64,000 nt of DNA, from contig JBGPIA010000008.1 in assembly GCA_041484665.1 (NCBI GenBank), positions 1 through 64,000 on the forward strand, read 5' to 3'. The notes under the pieces were generated by a model. The model had not been told where the DNA came from. It was given only the letters and a program-made list of their open reading frames with translations, and made no database searches. Positions within the stretch are counted from its first letter, which is position 1. Every line of letters begins with the position of its first letter. The translations under genes and the position numbers were made by a program. This stretch comes from Candidatus Krumholzibacteriia bacterium. GTDB taxonomy: Bacteria > Krumholzibacteriota > Krumholzibacteriia > JAJRXK01. This document shows positions 1 to 9,098 of the stretch, piece after piece.

Positions 1-223
1 CGGCGTCCTGGGAACGGCGCGGGCCTTGCTGTGGCCACGCAAACCGCGTGCCCCGCGGCTCGCTGCTGCAAGAAGGGCTGCGAGAACGGGTTGACCGGCG
101 CCGTGTTCATTTTTCGGCGCTTCTAAATGAGCGTCGACAGTTAGGCCGGGTTGCTAGGCTAGTCGCTGCCGGCGCCCCCTTAAGGCTAGCCCGCGTTGAT
201 GGCGGGCGACAGTCCGCGCCACG

Positions 224-833
224 TTGACTCCGCGCCAGCCGAACGATCCGCAAGCCCTAGGTCGCGCACGCCGTGGCCGTGCTGGTCGAGAGCAAGGTCG
301 AGACTGGCTCGCCGCTCCCGTCGGATCGCGAATCCATCAAGCGCGAGCTGGGTCTCCTGGGGCGCACCGGCACGAATCGCGTGGGGGCTCTGCGCGAGCT
401 GTACCACATTCTGGAGCGTGAGGAGGCCGCGGAGGCGAGGGGGCGCGCCCTCGGTGTCCCGCCGCACATCGAAGCCGCTCTGGCGGCGCTCACGGCCGCT
501 CGCAATCAGCTGAACGAGCCGCTGGAGTTCAAGCTGGCCGACGTCGAGGAGCTACTTTGGGAAGTCGCACAGCGAGGCGAACGCAACCAGCGTGTACCGG
601 CCCTCAAGACGCTGCTGCGGCTCTACTCGGAGCAGCGGCGGCACCCCCAGCCGGCGCAGGCGGAGAGGGCGGAGTTCCGGTGGCCCGTTCCCCAGCTGCT
701 GGTGGCGCTGCTGGAGGCCGCGCGGGTCCTGTCGGAGGTTGACGAGGGACTGGATCCGGCTGTCCCTCCGCCCCAGGCCAGGGAGCACCCTGAGACCATC
801 GCTCGGTTGGTGGCGACGGATCGCGGCTCTTGA
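224..833 (+). pseudogene. Disrupted terminase small subunit-like gene (copy 1)
   Basis: LTPRQ start at 224, then a frame change and an in-frame TAG at 258-260 (IRKP*VAHAVAVLVES). ORF 273-833 contains IKRELGLLGRTGTNRVGALREL, similar to copy 2. Confidence 0.5.
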
Positions 834-1032
834 CTACCCATTCCGTCCACGCCTGAGGCGGTGCTACGCTCGGGACCGAACTTCCAGGCGGTTCGACCCC
901 TCACGCGAGGCCTCCCATGCGCTCAGCCAAGTCCCTGCCGGGCAGAGGCTTGCAGTTGCGGTCACGCACCAGCTGCACCCGAGCGTGGCATTCCATCGCA
1001 AGTCAGCTTCACCGTTCGAGCGGGAGGAACCA

Positions 1033-1815
1033 GTGTCATACAATTGCAGGCCCTTCCTGCCGCGGAGCGCGGCTGCCAACATAGCGGCTGTTCGAGATGC
1101 ATTCGACCGTGCAGCTCATCGCCTGTCGAATCGACGCCGTCGGAGAGATATGACGTTGGCTTCGCTGGCAGCGCAGATGTCTGGCCTCTTGGACGCGATC
1201 CGTATCCTGCTTGTGCGAGGGAGAGAACCGCCAGCATTCGGCCTGTGCCGGATCGCATTTGAAGCCTCACTTTGGATCGCCTACATCTGTGCACGGTCTG
1301 AGAGCGCTGACGACAGATCGCGAGACTATCGCGCGTCGGCAGCCCGCGAGAGTGCTCGCTACTTGAGGACAGTGGAGAATGCGGTAACGATCCTCTCGAC
1401 TGAGGAACGCGAGCGACTCCGGGCTCTCAGCCTCGATCCCCGGGTGCGGAGGTATATGGCTTACCGACGCAAGGGCAAGGGGAAGGACTGGCCGAACATC
1501 TCGGACCGGATCTCAGGCTTGGAAAACCCGGACAAGCAACACGCCTTCGCGGTCTTTCGCTTTTACCTGTGGTCTCCAGGCTCGCAGTACCTGCACGCAG
1601 GCGCCCCGGGCGCTTCGGCTTACCTCGGCCCGCGAGGCATCGTGTCGACACGCCCGAGCCGCCATATGACGTTCGAGTGCTACATTGCGGCCGCGACAGT
1701 CGCGCACGAGGCGCTCGAATCGCTCAGCGCGCACAGGAAGTGCGGGGACCTTGCGGGGTCGGTGAGGAAGCCAATCCAGCTGAGGCGCCGCCGGGCAACA
1801 ATGCCACTCTGGTAG
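1033..1815 (+). CDS. DUF5677-like helical hypothetical protein
   Basis: GGAGG RBS before GTG at 1033. LCRIAFEASLWIAYI and FYLWSPGSQYLH resemble the R..(L/F)E....Y and Y...S..(V/L)H motifs of DUF5677. Confidence 0.5.
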   Translation: MSYNCRPFLPRSAAANIAAVRDAFDRAAHRLSNRRRRRDMTLASLAAQMSGLLDAIRILLVRGREPPAFGLCRIAFEASLWIAYICARSESADDRSRDYRASAARESARYLRTVENAVTILSTEERERLRALSLDPRVRRYMAYRRKGKGKDWPNISDRISGLENPDKQHAFAVFRFYLWSPGSQYLHAGAPGASAYLGPRGIVSTRPSRHMTFECYIAAATVAHEALESLSAHRKCGDLAGSVRKPIQLRRRRATMPLW

Positions 1816-1891
1816 GGATTCCGCCGATATCAGCAGCTGCGGCCCACTCTGTAGCCTCGGCGTTGCGCCACGGCGGACGCAGCCCCTCGCG

Positions 1892-2393
1892 GTGCTTACG
1901 GAGCGCCAGCGCGCTCTCGTGCTCCTGGTCGCCCAGGGGGCGCCCCAGGCTGAGGCGGGCCGGGTACTCTGGCAAGTGGGTCGACTCCATCGTCAGCCGC
2001 GAACTGCACAAGGAGAAGGTCCAGCGCGCGCTCGTGGCGCTGGCGGAGTCGGCAGACGGCGGGCCATTCGTGCTCGGCCGCATCGCGATCAAGCGCGAGT
2101 TGTCCCTGATCGCTCGCACCGGGACTTCCTCTTCACGGGACCGGGCTCTGCAGGCGCTCGACCGGATCATGGAGCGTGACGCGCCGCCGGACCCGGAGAC
2201 CATGACCCTCGTAAAGCGGTCGCGGCTCGCTGGGAAGAGCCCCGCCGAGTTGGCGCGTGAGGACTGGGACAACCTGGTCCGCCGCGTGGTGCGCAGGGCC
2301 CCCACGCTGGCCGCCAAGGTGTTGGCGGAGTTGGCCCGCGAGCGGGCCGCCGCGGAGGGTGGCCCCGTGGCGCCCGAGGTTGGTCCGACATGA
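1892..2393 (+). pseudogene. Frameshifted terminase small subunit-like gene (copy 2)
   Basis: MLTERQRALVLLVAQGAPQAEA in one frame continues as RRAGYSGKWVDSIVSRELHKEKVQRAL in another, with the shift at ~1955. This matches the TerS N-terminal HTH pattern LTxxQ...AAxxAGYS...LxKxxV. Confidence 0.6.
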
Positions 2394-2588
2394 CACGCGA
2401 CGAGCGTTGCCGGGGATGGCTTGTCCCGGCTCCTGGCCCGTCGTTCTGTTGTCGCGAGGCGAGTTCTTGTACGCTGGCAGAGCATCCGGCATGATTGGCG
2501 AGGGAAGACGACGCTGCGATCGATCTCGGGCGTGCGGAATCGAGCGCCCAGAGCCACGCAGCACCCTCAGCGAAGGGCTGGGCCCGCC

Positions 2589-3473
2589 ATGGCCGAGATC
2601 ACGCGCGAACGCTCTGGACAGCTTATGCGCAAGGTCTTCGAACTGCTCACGAAGCACCCTGATGGTCTGCCTGCGCGCGAGGCCGTCGCAGGAGTCGAGA
2701 GGGAAGTGGAACTGACCGATTTCGAGCGCACATTCTACCCCAAGAATCCCACCGTCCGCCGGTTCGAAAAGATCGTTCGCTTCTCGACGATCGGGCCAGT
2801 CAAGGCAGGGTGGATGACGAAGAGCCACGGAGTATGGGCCATCACCGATACCGGGAGACGAGCGTACGCGGAGATTCGCGATCCGGCAGCGTTCATGCGT
2901 GAGGCGGGCCGCTTGTATCGAGAATGGCGCCGTGGCCAACCTGTAGACGGTGCTGACGACCAGGATGCCGATACGCCCGGAGCGGAGACCACCCTTGAGC
3001 AGGCTGAGGAGAGCGCTTGGGCCGAGATTGAGGCACATCTTGGCCGCATGAACCCCTACGATTTCCAGGAGTTAGTCGTCGGGCTGCTGCGCGCCATGGA
3101 GTACCACGTTTCCTGGGTGGCACCCTTAGGTCCTGACAAGGGAGTGGACGTCATCGCCCACAAGGATCCGCTTGGGGTCGAGCACGGGCGCATCAAGGTG
3201 CAGGTGAAGCGCCGCGCCGATAAGATCCCCGTGGGAGAGGTCCGGTCCTTTCTTGCCGTGCTTGGCGAGGACGACGTCGGAATCTTCGTGGCCAGCGGGG
3301 GCTTCACGACGGAGGCGGAGACGGAAGCCCGGTCGCAGGAGCGGCGGCGCATCATGCTGTTGGACGCGCAGAGGCTGTTTGCGCTGTGGGTCGAGCATTA
3401 TCACCGCGTGCCTGAAGAACAGCGAAGGCTGCTCCCGCTTAAAGCAATCCACTTCCTAGCGCCGCGCGAGTAG
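2589..3473 (+). CDS. mrr: Mrr-family (type IV) restriction endonuclease
   Basis: N-terminal winged helix (GWMTKSHGVWAITDTG) and Mrr_cat motifs PYDFQELV, DKGVDVIA, VQVKR, VGEVRSF, GIFV..GGFT. Confidence 0.9.
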   Translation: MAEITRERSGQLMRKVFELLTKHPDGLPAREAVAGVEREVELTDFERTFYPKNPTVRRFEKIVRFSTIGPVKAGWMTKSHGVWAITDTGRRAYAEIRDPAAFMREAGRLYREWRRGQPVDGADDQDADTPGAETTLEQAEESAWAEIEAHLGRMNPYDFQELVVGLLRAMEYHVSWVAPLGPDKGVDVIAHKDPLGVEHGRIKVQVKRRADKIPVGEVRSFLAVLGEDDVGIFVASGGFTTEAETEARSQERRRIMLLDAQRLFALWVEHYHRVPEEQRRLLPLKAIHFLAPRE

Positions 3474-3500
3474 GTGCGGAGCCCGCGCGCCGCGCCCTGC

Positions 3501-3851
3501 CTACTTCCTCGCGCCGAACCTGCCCTTGAGGTCGCCCACGCTGGAGGTCGCGCCCGGGACGGGTCCAGTCCCTGCGCTGCCAAGGTAGACCGGCCCGCGT
3601 AGTGACCACTGCTCGGGAGCACCGATGGCCTGGAATCCATTGACGGTGAAGCCGTAGAGACCGCCATCCTGCGCGAGCGCCACGAAGTTTCCTCCGTTGC
3701 CGGAGAGTTGGCTCGACAGCCCGACAAACTGTAGACCAGTCTGTGCGCGCGCCTCAGCAGGATGCCACATCTTGCCAGTGACCAGCGCGAACGATAGCGC
3801 GAGCAGGAACACCGAGAACGAAACCGCGAGCAACTTCTTCAGGTCCGACAT
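3501..3851 (-). CDS. Small secreted protein with C-terminal VPGATSSVGDLKGRF motif
   Basis: AGGAGG RBS, hydrophobic N-terminus ending AEARA; paralogue of 14885-15358. Confidence 0.75.
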   Translation of the reverse strand: MSDLKKLLAVSFSVFLLALSFALVTGKMWHPAEARAQTGLQFVGLSSQLSGNGGNFVALAQDGGLYGFTVNGFQAIGAPEQWSLRGPVYLGSAGTGPVPGATSSVGDLKGRFGARK

Positions 3852-4260
3852 AATGACCTCCTGGTTGGCGGGTAGCGCACACGCAGTGGCTGCTCTCCCC
3901 GGCGGTCCTCCAGAGTGCTAAACTCGGCGCACGCGCCCCTCTGGCTTTGGCGAGCTAGGTGCTACGGACGCCAGGGGCCATCAGCGCAACACTGGTGGCC
4001 CCGCTCTGCCGCGTTACTTCTTGTCGACGGTGGACGCCTCCGACTCGATTGGCTGCAGTCGCGGCGGCCCAGATTAGATCCATCGCGTATGCACCACTCA
4101 ACACCACGATACCCACTACCGCGCATCCGCCTCGAAGCATTGAACATACCCTCCCCTACAATACTCGCGGTCTTCACGGCTCCCGATGGGCTGAGCGGTG
4201 TCATGGAGCACCGGCAGAACGCATCCGGCAACGGCCGCCATTCCAAGCACAGGCGTTCCG

Positions 4261-5067
4261 TCATCGCGACGGATGACGGCCTTGTTGGGCGTCAGACTTC
4301 ACTGAGCCAATGCGGATTCTTGCCGCATCGTCGAGACCGACTGCAGACGCTTGCGTTTCGTCAAGGGACAGCCCCAGGCGCGTCGCCCCTGAACTGTCTC
4401 TAAACGCGAGGTTAGCACCCCAGGATCCGGGTCCGCTTTCACCTGAAGCGGCCTGCAGCATCACCAGCGGGAGCGCCTTTGGACTTTTCGTAGGCACGAG
4501 CAGGCCGAGTCCAGCGTCGTGGCGATCAGACGCGTTGTCCGCCGCGGACAGCCCCAGTGCGGTTCGCCCGCTGTCGTCGAGCAAAGCGAGTGCACTCACG
4601 GTCCAAGGTGCTTGGACTTGCGACACAGCAAGAGAGACCCGCGGCTTGCCATCGGCATCTTCCATGCGCAGCTCAGGGAATTCAGCACTCTGGAGGTTCC
4701 CGTCGAACGTACGTGCAACGCCGATGGCTACGCGACCGTGGCCTAGATGATCGTAGAACCTGGCCTTGGTTCCATCGGCGTCCGTACTCAAGGCAAATTG
4801 AAGCCTGCCCGAAGCATCGCGCATCAGGAACAACGCTCCCGCACCATTGCTGGGCTCTGTCAGGGCGCGCTCCCGAAGTGCCGAATCTACTACGACGAGT
4901 CGATGGACCCTGAGTGTCGTCAGGGGCAGGAATCCAACCAGACAGAGGAGATTGCAGAGGGCAAGTGCTGACAGAGGCACGTAAACACGCCAACGCAGTA
5001 ATGCGTGTACGCGCTTCTCGATCGATTGACCTACTTCCAGATCGCGAGGCTCTGGTTCTGACGGCAT
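4261..5067 (-). CDS. Membrane-anchored hypothetical protein with repeated L-x-L-x-D-x-x-G-x-x-R beta motifs
   Basis: One N-terminal TM segment; repeats MRDASGRLQ, FYDHLGHGR, MEDADGKPR, LLDDSGRTA, FRDSSGATR. Confidence 0.65.
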   Translation of the reverse strand: MPSEPEPRDLEVGQSIEKRVHALLRWRVYVPLSALALCNLLCLVGFLPLTTLRVHRLVVVDSALRERALTEPSNGAGALFLMRDASGRLQFALSTDADGTKARFYDHLGHGRVAIGVARTFDGNLQSAEFPELRMEDADGKPRVSLAVSQVQAPWTVSALALLDDSGRTALGLSAADNASDRHDAGLGLLVPTKSPKALPLVMLQAASGESGPGSWGANLAFRDSSGATRLGLSLDETQASAVGLDDAARIRIGSVKSDAQQGRHPSR

Positions 5068-5665
5068 GTTGGCTACCTCATTGATTCGGGCCTAGAGTGG
5101 CGCACCGCCGCTGGCCGCTCTTGACTTCAGGGACTAGCCCGCACTTCGCAAGCTGTTAGCCGGAGTCTCCCGCCAGGGAGGCAAGCACAGCACTACCGGC
5201 ACTGTGCCCTATCTGGACCCTCACAGAGCGACCAGCGTCAGCGCTAGCTCACCTCAACTCTTGGCCAAGCCCCGGGCCCGTCCGGAATTGGTGCGCACTT
5301 GCAAGAACCGCCTGCGTTAGTCGGACGGTTTCACCGGCCAACTCTACTCATCCTCCCCCATGATACTGTAGCGGAAGAAGACGCAGTTCCCGCAGATCGC
5401 CCAACGAGACGTCTCCAGCGAGTGCCCCCCCGAGGGCAGGAATCCCATTACGCGCGCCTCCGACAAGGGCGAGGCCCAACGCAAACATGACGCCCATTTC
5501 GTTCTGCTTCTGTCTGTTCAGCCGATACTCACTGCGTGTCACCTCTCCCTTCCACTTGCATCTTGGATCCGGCAGGATCAGGGGCACACGTGCCCCAAGT
5601 GCTGCGACATGATCGACACGTTGACCCTCTACTCGTCCCGGCCGAGCTGGGGCACCGCCGATGCC

Positions 5666-8600
5666 CTACCTAACGACGCATACCTTCGTCGTCAGGGTCC
5701 GACCACCCGGGTGCTGCAGACGAACCACGTAGATCCCGGACGCCACGCTGCGCCCGCTCCTGTCCCTCCCGTCCCACCGAACCACCTGATGGCCAGGTGG
5801 GAGGGCGCCCGTGAACACGTCAGCGATGCTTCGCCCGCGGAGGTCGAATGCCTGGATGTCGACGCGATCCGTCGCCGCGGGTACGTCGACGGCAAGACCC
5901 ATCCAAGATGATGACGGATTTGCTCCTAACGACGATAGCGACCAGACTATTGGCAAGGGCACAGTTTGCGACCCAGTCTCCACGCCGGGATCCGCCGCCT
6001 GGCTCTCATTGCCGGCGTGGTCGACGGTCGTCACTCGGTAGTGATACTCCCACGGGCTTGCGAGAACGTCTTCCCACGAGGCAGTCGTGGTCGCTGCGAC
6101 GACATTGCTCGGCACGAGCGGCGGGTTCTGCTGGATCGACCGGTACACGCGAAAGTACTGAAAGTCGCGCTCTTGGTTGCTGCTCCACGAAAGGGCTACG
6201 CCGCCGGAGTGGTAGTTTGCAACAAGGCCCTGAGGAGCAGCTGGTGCAATGTTGTCGTAGGAGTAGCCGCTATCTGGCAGGCTGTAGTACGCGTTTCCTC
6301 CCACGGTGAACGCGAGCGCGCAGAACACGGTTCGGGGCGCCCCGGCTGTGGAATCGGCGATCGTGGGGGCGAGGATGAGGTACAGCTCCTGCCGCAGCGC
6401 TGGCGCGCTTCCGACAAACTCCCACACGCCTGCCGGGGGACCGCAGGGGTCTCCGCCATTGGTGACCAAGAACTGGTGCCCGTCGAACTCAACCGAGTCG
6501 GCGGGGAAAGAGGGCTCGGCTTGGTCGATTTCGGTTCCATCGGACGTGTGAGGCCTGCTGCCACCTGCTCGACTTCGAGCGGCAGTCCGGAGGGCGGTTC
6601 GAAGGCTTGCAGCATCGACCCGGCGCATCAAGAAGTACTGAAGTACACCTGAACCGTCTTGAAAGTCGCGTCCGGAGCGAGTTACCGTGACGCGCGCCCA
6701 CCCCCCCTGGTCATTGGGGACATCAGCGATACGTGCAAGCGAAGGGGCGCTCGACATCCAGTCCAGCGAGACCTGGGTGATGCTGGGCAAATCCCAGTTG
6801 ATTGAATAGGTGCTGGGACGGTACAACGTCGCGTTCCAGGAAAGCTGGTTTCCGCTCGTGCTATGCCATACACCGAGGGCGGTCTGCCACGAGATACCAG
6901 CCGAACAAATTGCCGATTGGCGGTAGCGCGCAATCTCACATGGGCTCTGGACTACTGCAGTAGAGGCAACTGTCTCGGAGGCATTCTGCGGGGGGAACCG
7001 CGGCCCGAGGTAGACTACGCGAAAACCTTCCCAGTACGGATTGCCGCCGTACATGGCGTAATCACCCGAGACAGTGACCGGGGTGGTGGATGCGTACGGA
7101 AGACTCGCCAAGGCACGCGGGCTCGTGGGACTCGTTAGGTCGATGACGGTGCTTCCACAAAGGCCGTAGCTGCCAGACACGGAGACGCGTTGACCGCTCA
7201 CGCCAACCAGTTGGCCAACGACCGTGGGGTTGGACGGGTCTGCAAGATCGATGACGCTTGAGCCCGCCCCACCCGTCGCTACGAGGGCGAAATGGGAGAA
7301 GCAGGCCGCGTCGTAGGCCATGACCGAGGAGATCCCGCCGACCTTCTCCGGATTGGTGGGCTGAGCGACTGAAAAGACTTCAACCCCAGCAGAGCCGCTG
7401 GCAAGGACAGCAAATCGTCCGTAGGTCGCAACATGCAGAGGCGTGCCAGCAGTAGGTGCATGCCCAAGCAGAGCCGGGGCGGCTGGATTGCTCACGTCCA
7501 AGACCGCGAGCCCCAGCTCGGAGTTCGCCACTAGTGCGAGATGCCCCGCTAGCGCGATGTCGACAGTTCGCCCGGTCAGGTACGGCGCCGACACGAGGGT
7601 CGGGTTCAGCGGGTTGACAACAGACACGACCCACACCCCTGAATAGTCGGAGGCGGCGAAGACGTGGTTCTGCGCCACCGCGATCCCCCGGATCCTATCT
7701 GGAGTCGGGAAGTAGCCGACCTGCGCGCTCCCCATCGCGGTCGGATCTGACGCCGGGATGACATACAGCCCGTCCTGGGCTGCCACGTACAAGTATGGCC
7801 ATGACAGCTCGACGTCCTCCACGAACCTGAGGTACCCGAACCCCTGCCCCGCGTCCACGGGGTAAAGATCCTGCGTCGTGAACACCGCAACTTCCGAATT
7901 GGCATACCCAACGTAGAGGCGACTGCCTCCTGGGGCGATCGCGGTCACGGCCGACGGTGTGGGGATCGAACGGCTGAGAACGAGGGTTTCGGACCTGAGG
8001 TCTAGGATGCGCAGGTTTCCAGTTGCCTCGGCTACGTACCCATAGTTCCCTTCCATAGCGCATGCGCTTATCGGTGGGTTGAAGGACTCGGACCGCAGAT
8101 ACTGCAAAGACGGCAGATAGTGTAGGTTGAAAAGCGCGATGACCCCGCCGGAGAAGCCGACCAACGCTCGATGCCCTTCCACGCTGATCGCGGTGGGTGG
8201 GCCAAACCATGTAAACGCACTGCCGTACGTAGGCGCGCCGGGCGTCGAGATGTCGAACGAGTTTAGCCCCACAGCGGAGGAAGCGAGTAGGTACGGAGGC
8301 GCAGGCTCGACCCTGGTAAGGCCCGGCACCGTCGCGGGGGAACTGAAAACGAGGGTGATGTTAGGCAGGGCGTCCAAGCGAAGCACTTTGACCCCGGGGA
8401 AGCTCCCTACGCAGTAGGCAAATGATCCAACCACGCAGAAACCGTGCACGGAGGTGCCGAGAGCGGCGCTGGCAACGACAGCAGGCGCCGGATTCGCCGC
8501 AAGGTCCACGATGACGATCCCGGCATCTCCGCAGGCAGCGACCGCGTATCGCTCGAAGGTCTCGACCTGCTCGGCTGCAGCTGGCAATGGGATGATGTTG

Positions 8601-8965
8601 ACGGCGGCCACGTTGACGGTCTGGCTGGAATCAGGGGAGCTGAGAGTAGCGACGAGTAGAGAGGCGTCGGTAGTCGCAACGACGAGTTGGTTGGGAGCAA
8701 TCGAAAGATCTCGAACGGCCCCCGGGCACGGAAGAACTGCAGCGATGGTCATCAACTCTGGTGAAGTCATCGTGACATGGTGACCAACGGTGTCCCAGAC
8801 CGCCGTGGTGGACGCGGCGCGGTGCACGGTCGTGGAGAAGTCTTCTACGAAAGTGTGGACAACCTGCGCGCTCGATCGCGCGGGCAAGCCGAGAAACAGC
8901 AGCACTCCGAAGAGGAGGAAGTTATATGCCGTCCGAGGCCACTTCGGCTCACTCCGAGATTGCAT
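5666..8965 (-). CDS. Secreted LVIVD-repeat beta-propeller protein with FN3-like and C-terminal FlgD Ig-like domains
   Basis: RBS and ATG at 8965, signal peptide, repeats such as GIVIVDLA, GLAVLDVSNPAAP and VIDLADPSNP; C-terminus WDGRDRSGRSVASGIYVVRL. Confidence 0.85.
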   Translation of the reverse strand: MQSRSEPKWPRTAYNFLLFGVLLFLGLPARSSAQVVHTFVEDFSTTVHRAASTTAVWDTVGHHVTMTSPELMTIAAVLPCPGAVRDLSIAPNQLVVATTDASLLVATLSSPDSSQTVNVAAVNIIPLPAAAEQVETFERYAVAACGDAGIVIVDLAANPAPAVVASAALGTSVHGFCVVGSFAYCVGSFPGVKVLRLDALPNITLVFSSPATVPGLTRVEPAPPYLLASSAVGLNSFDISTPGAPTYGSAFTWFGPPTAISVEGHRALVGFSGGVIALFNLHYLPSLQYLRSESFNPPISACAMEGNYGYVAEATGNLRILDLRSETLVLSRSIPTPSAVTAIAPGGSRLYVGYANSEVAVFTTQDLYPVDAGQGFGYLRFVEDVELSWPYLYVAAQDGLYVIPASDPTAMGSAQVGYFPTPDRIRGIAVAQNHVFAASDYSGVWVVSVVNPLNPTLVSAPYLTGRTVDIALAGHLALVANSELGLAVLDVSNPAAPALLGHAPTAGTPLHVATYGRFAVLASGSAGVEVFSVAQPTNPEKVGGISSVMAYDAACFSHFALVATGGAGSSVIDLADPSNPTVVGQLVGVSGQRVSVSGSYGLCGSTVIDLTSPTSPRALASLPYASTTPVTVSGDYAMYGGNPYWEGFRVVYLGPRFPPQNASETVASTAVVQSPCEIARYRQSAICSAGISWQTALGVWHSTSGNQLSWNATLYRPSTYSINWDLPSITQVSLDWMSSAPSLARIADVPNDQGGWARVTVTRSGRDFQDGSGVLQYFLMRRVDAASLRTALRTAARSRAGGSRPHTSDGTEIDQAEPSFPADSVEFDGHQFLVTNGGDPCGPPAGVWEFVGSAPALRQELYLILAPTIADSTAGAPRTVFCALAFTVGGNAYYSLPDSGYSYDNIAPAAPQGLVANYHSGGVALSWSSNQERDFQYFRVYRSIQQNPPLVPSNVVAATTTASWEDVLASPWEYHYRVTTVDHAGNESQAADPGVETGSQTVPLPIVWSLSSLGANPSSSWMGLAVDVPAATDRVDIQAFDLRGRSIADVFTGALPPGHQVVRWDGRDRSGRSVASGIYVVRLQHPGGRTLTTKVCVVR

Positions 8966-9098
8966 CGTAGTTCCCTCCTGCGGTGGCGCCCAGTGCCAAC
9001 CCTGCGCGCGCGCCAGTACCAGTGAGGTCAGAAGACTGGGAAAACAGTCCCTGACCACAAGTTCCGAGCGCCGTGGCTAGCTCCTGCGCGGCTTCATC

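Noticed and set aside
3915..4264. Short ORFs between 3851 and 4261, and 5348-5587
   Set aside because: No RBS or motif support; possibly eroded gene fragments, but unidentifiable.
5085..5300. Partial tRNA-Lys 3' duplicates (CCTAGAGTGGCGCACC at ~5091, TGGTGCGC at ~5289) as att sites
   Set aside because: The first is inverted and gapped relative to the tRNA; the second is only 8 bp.
136..5325. GTTAG-containing integron attC-like cores (~140, ~5155, ~5316)
   Set aside because: No complementary RYYYAAC partner boxes or attC hairpins, and no intI.
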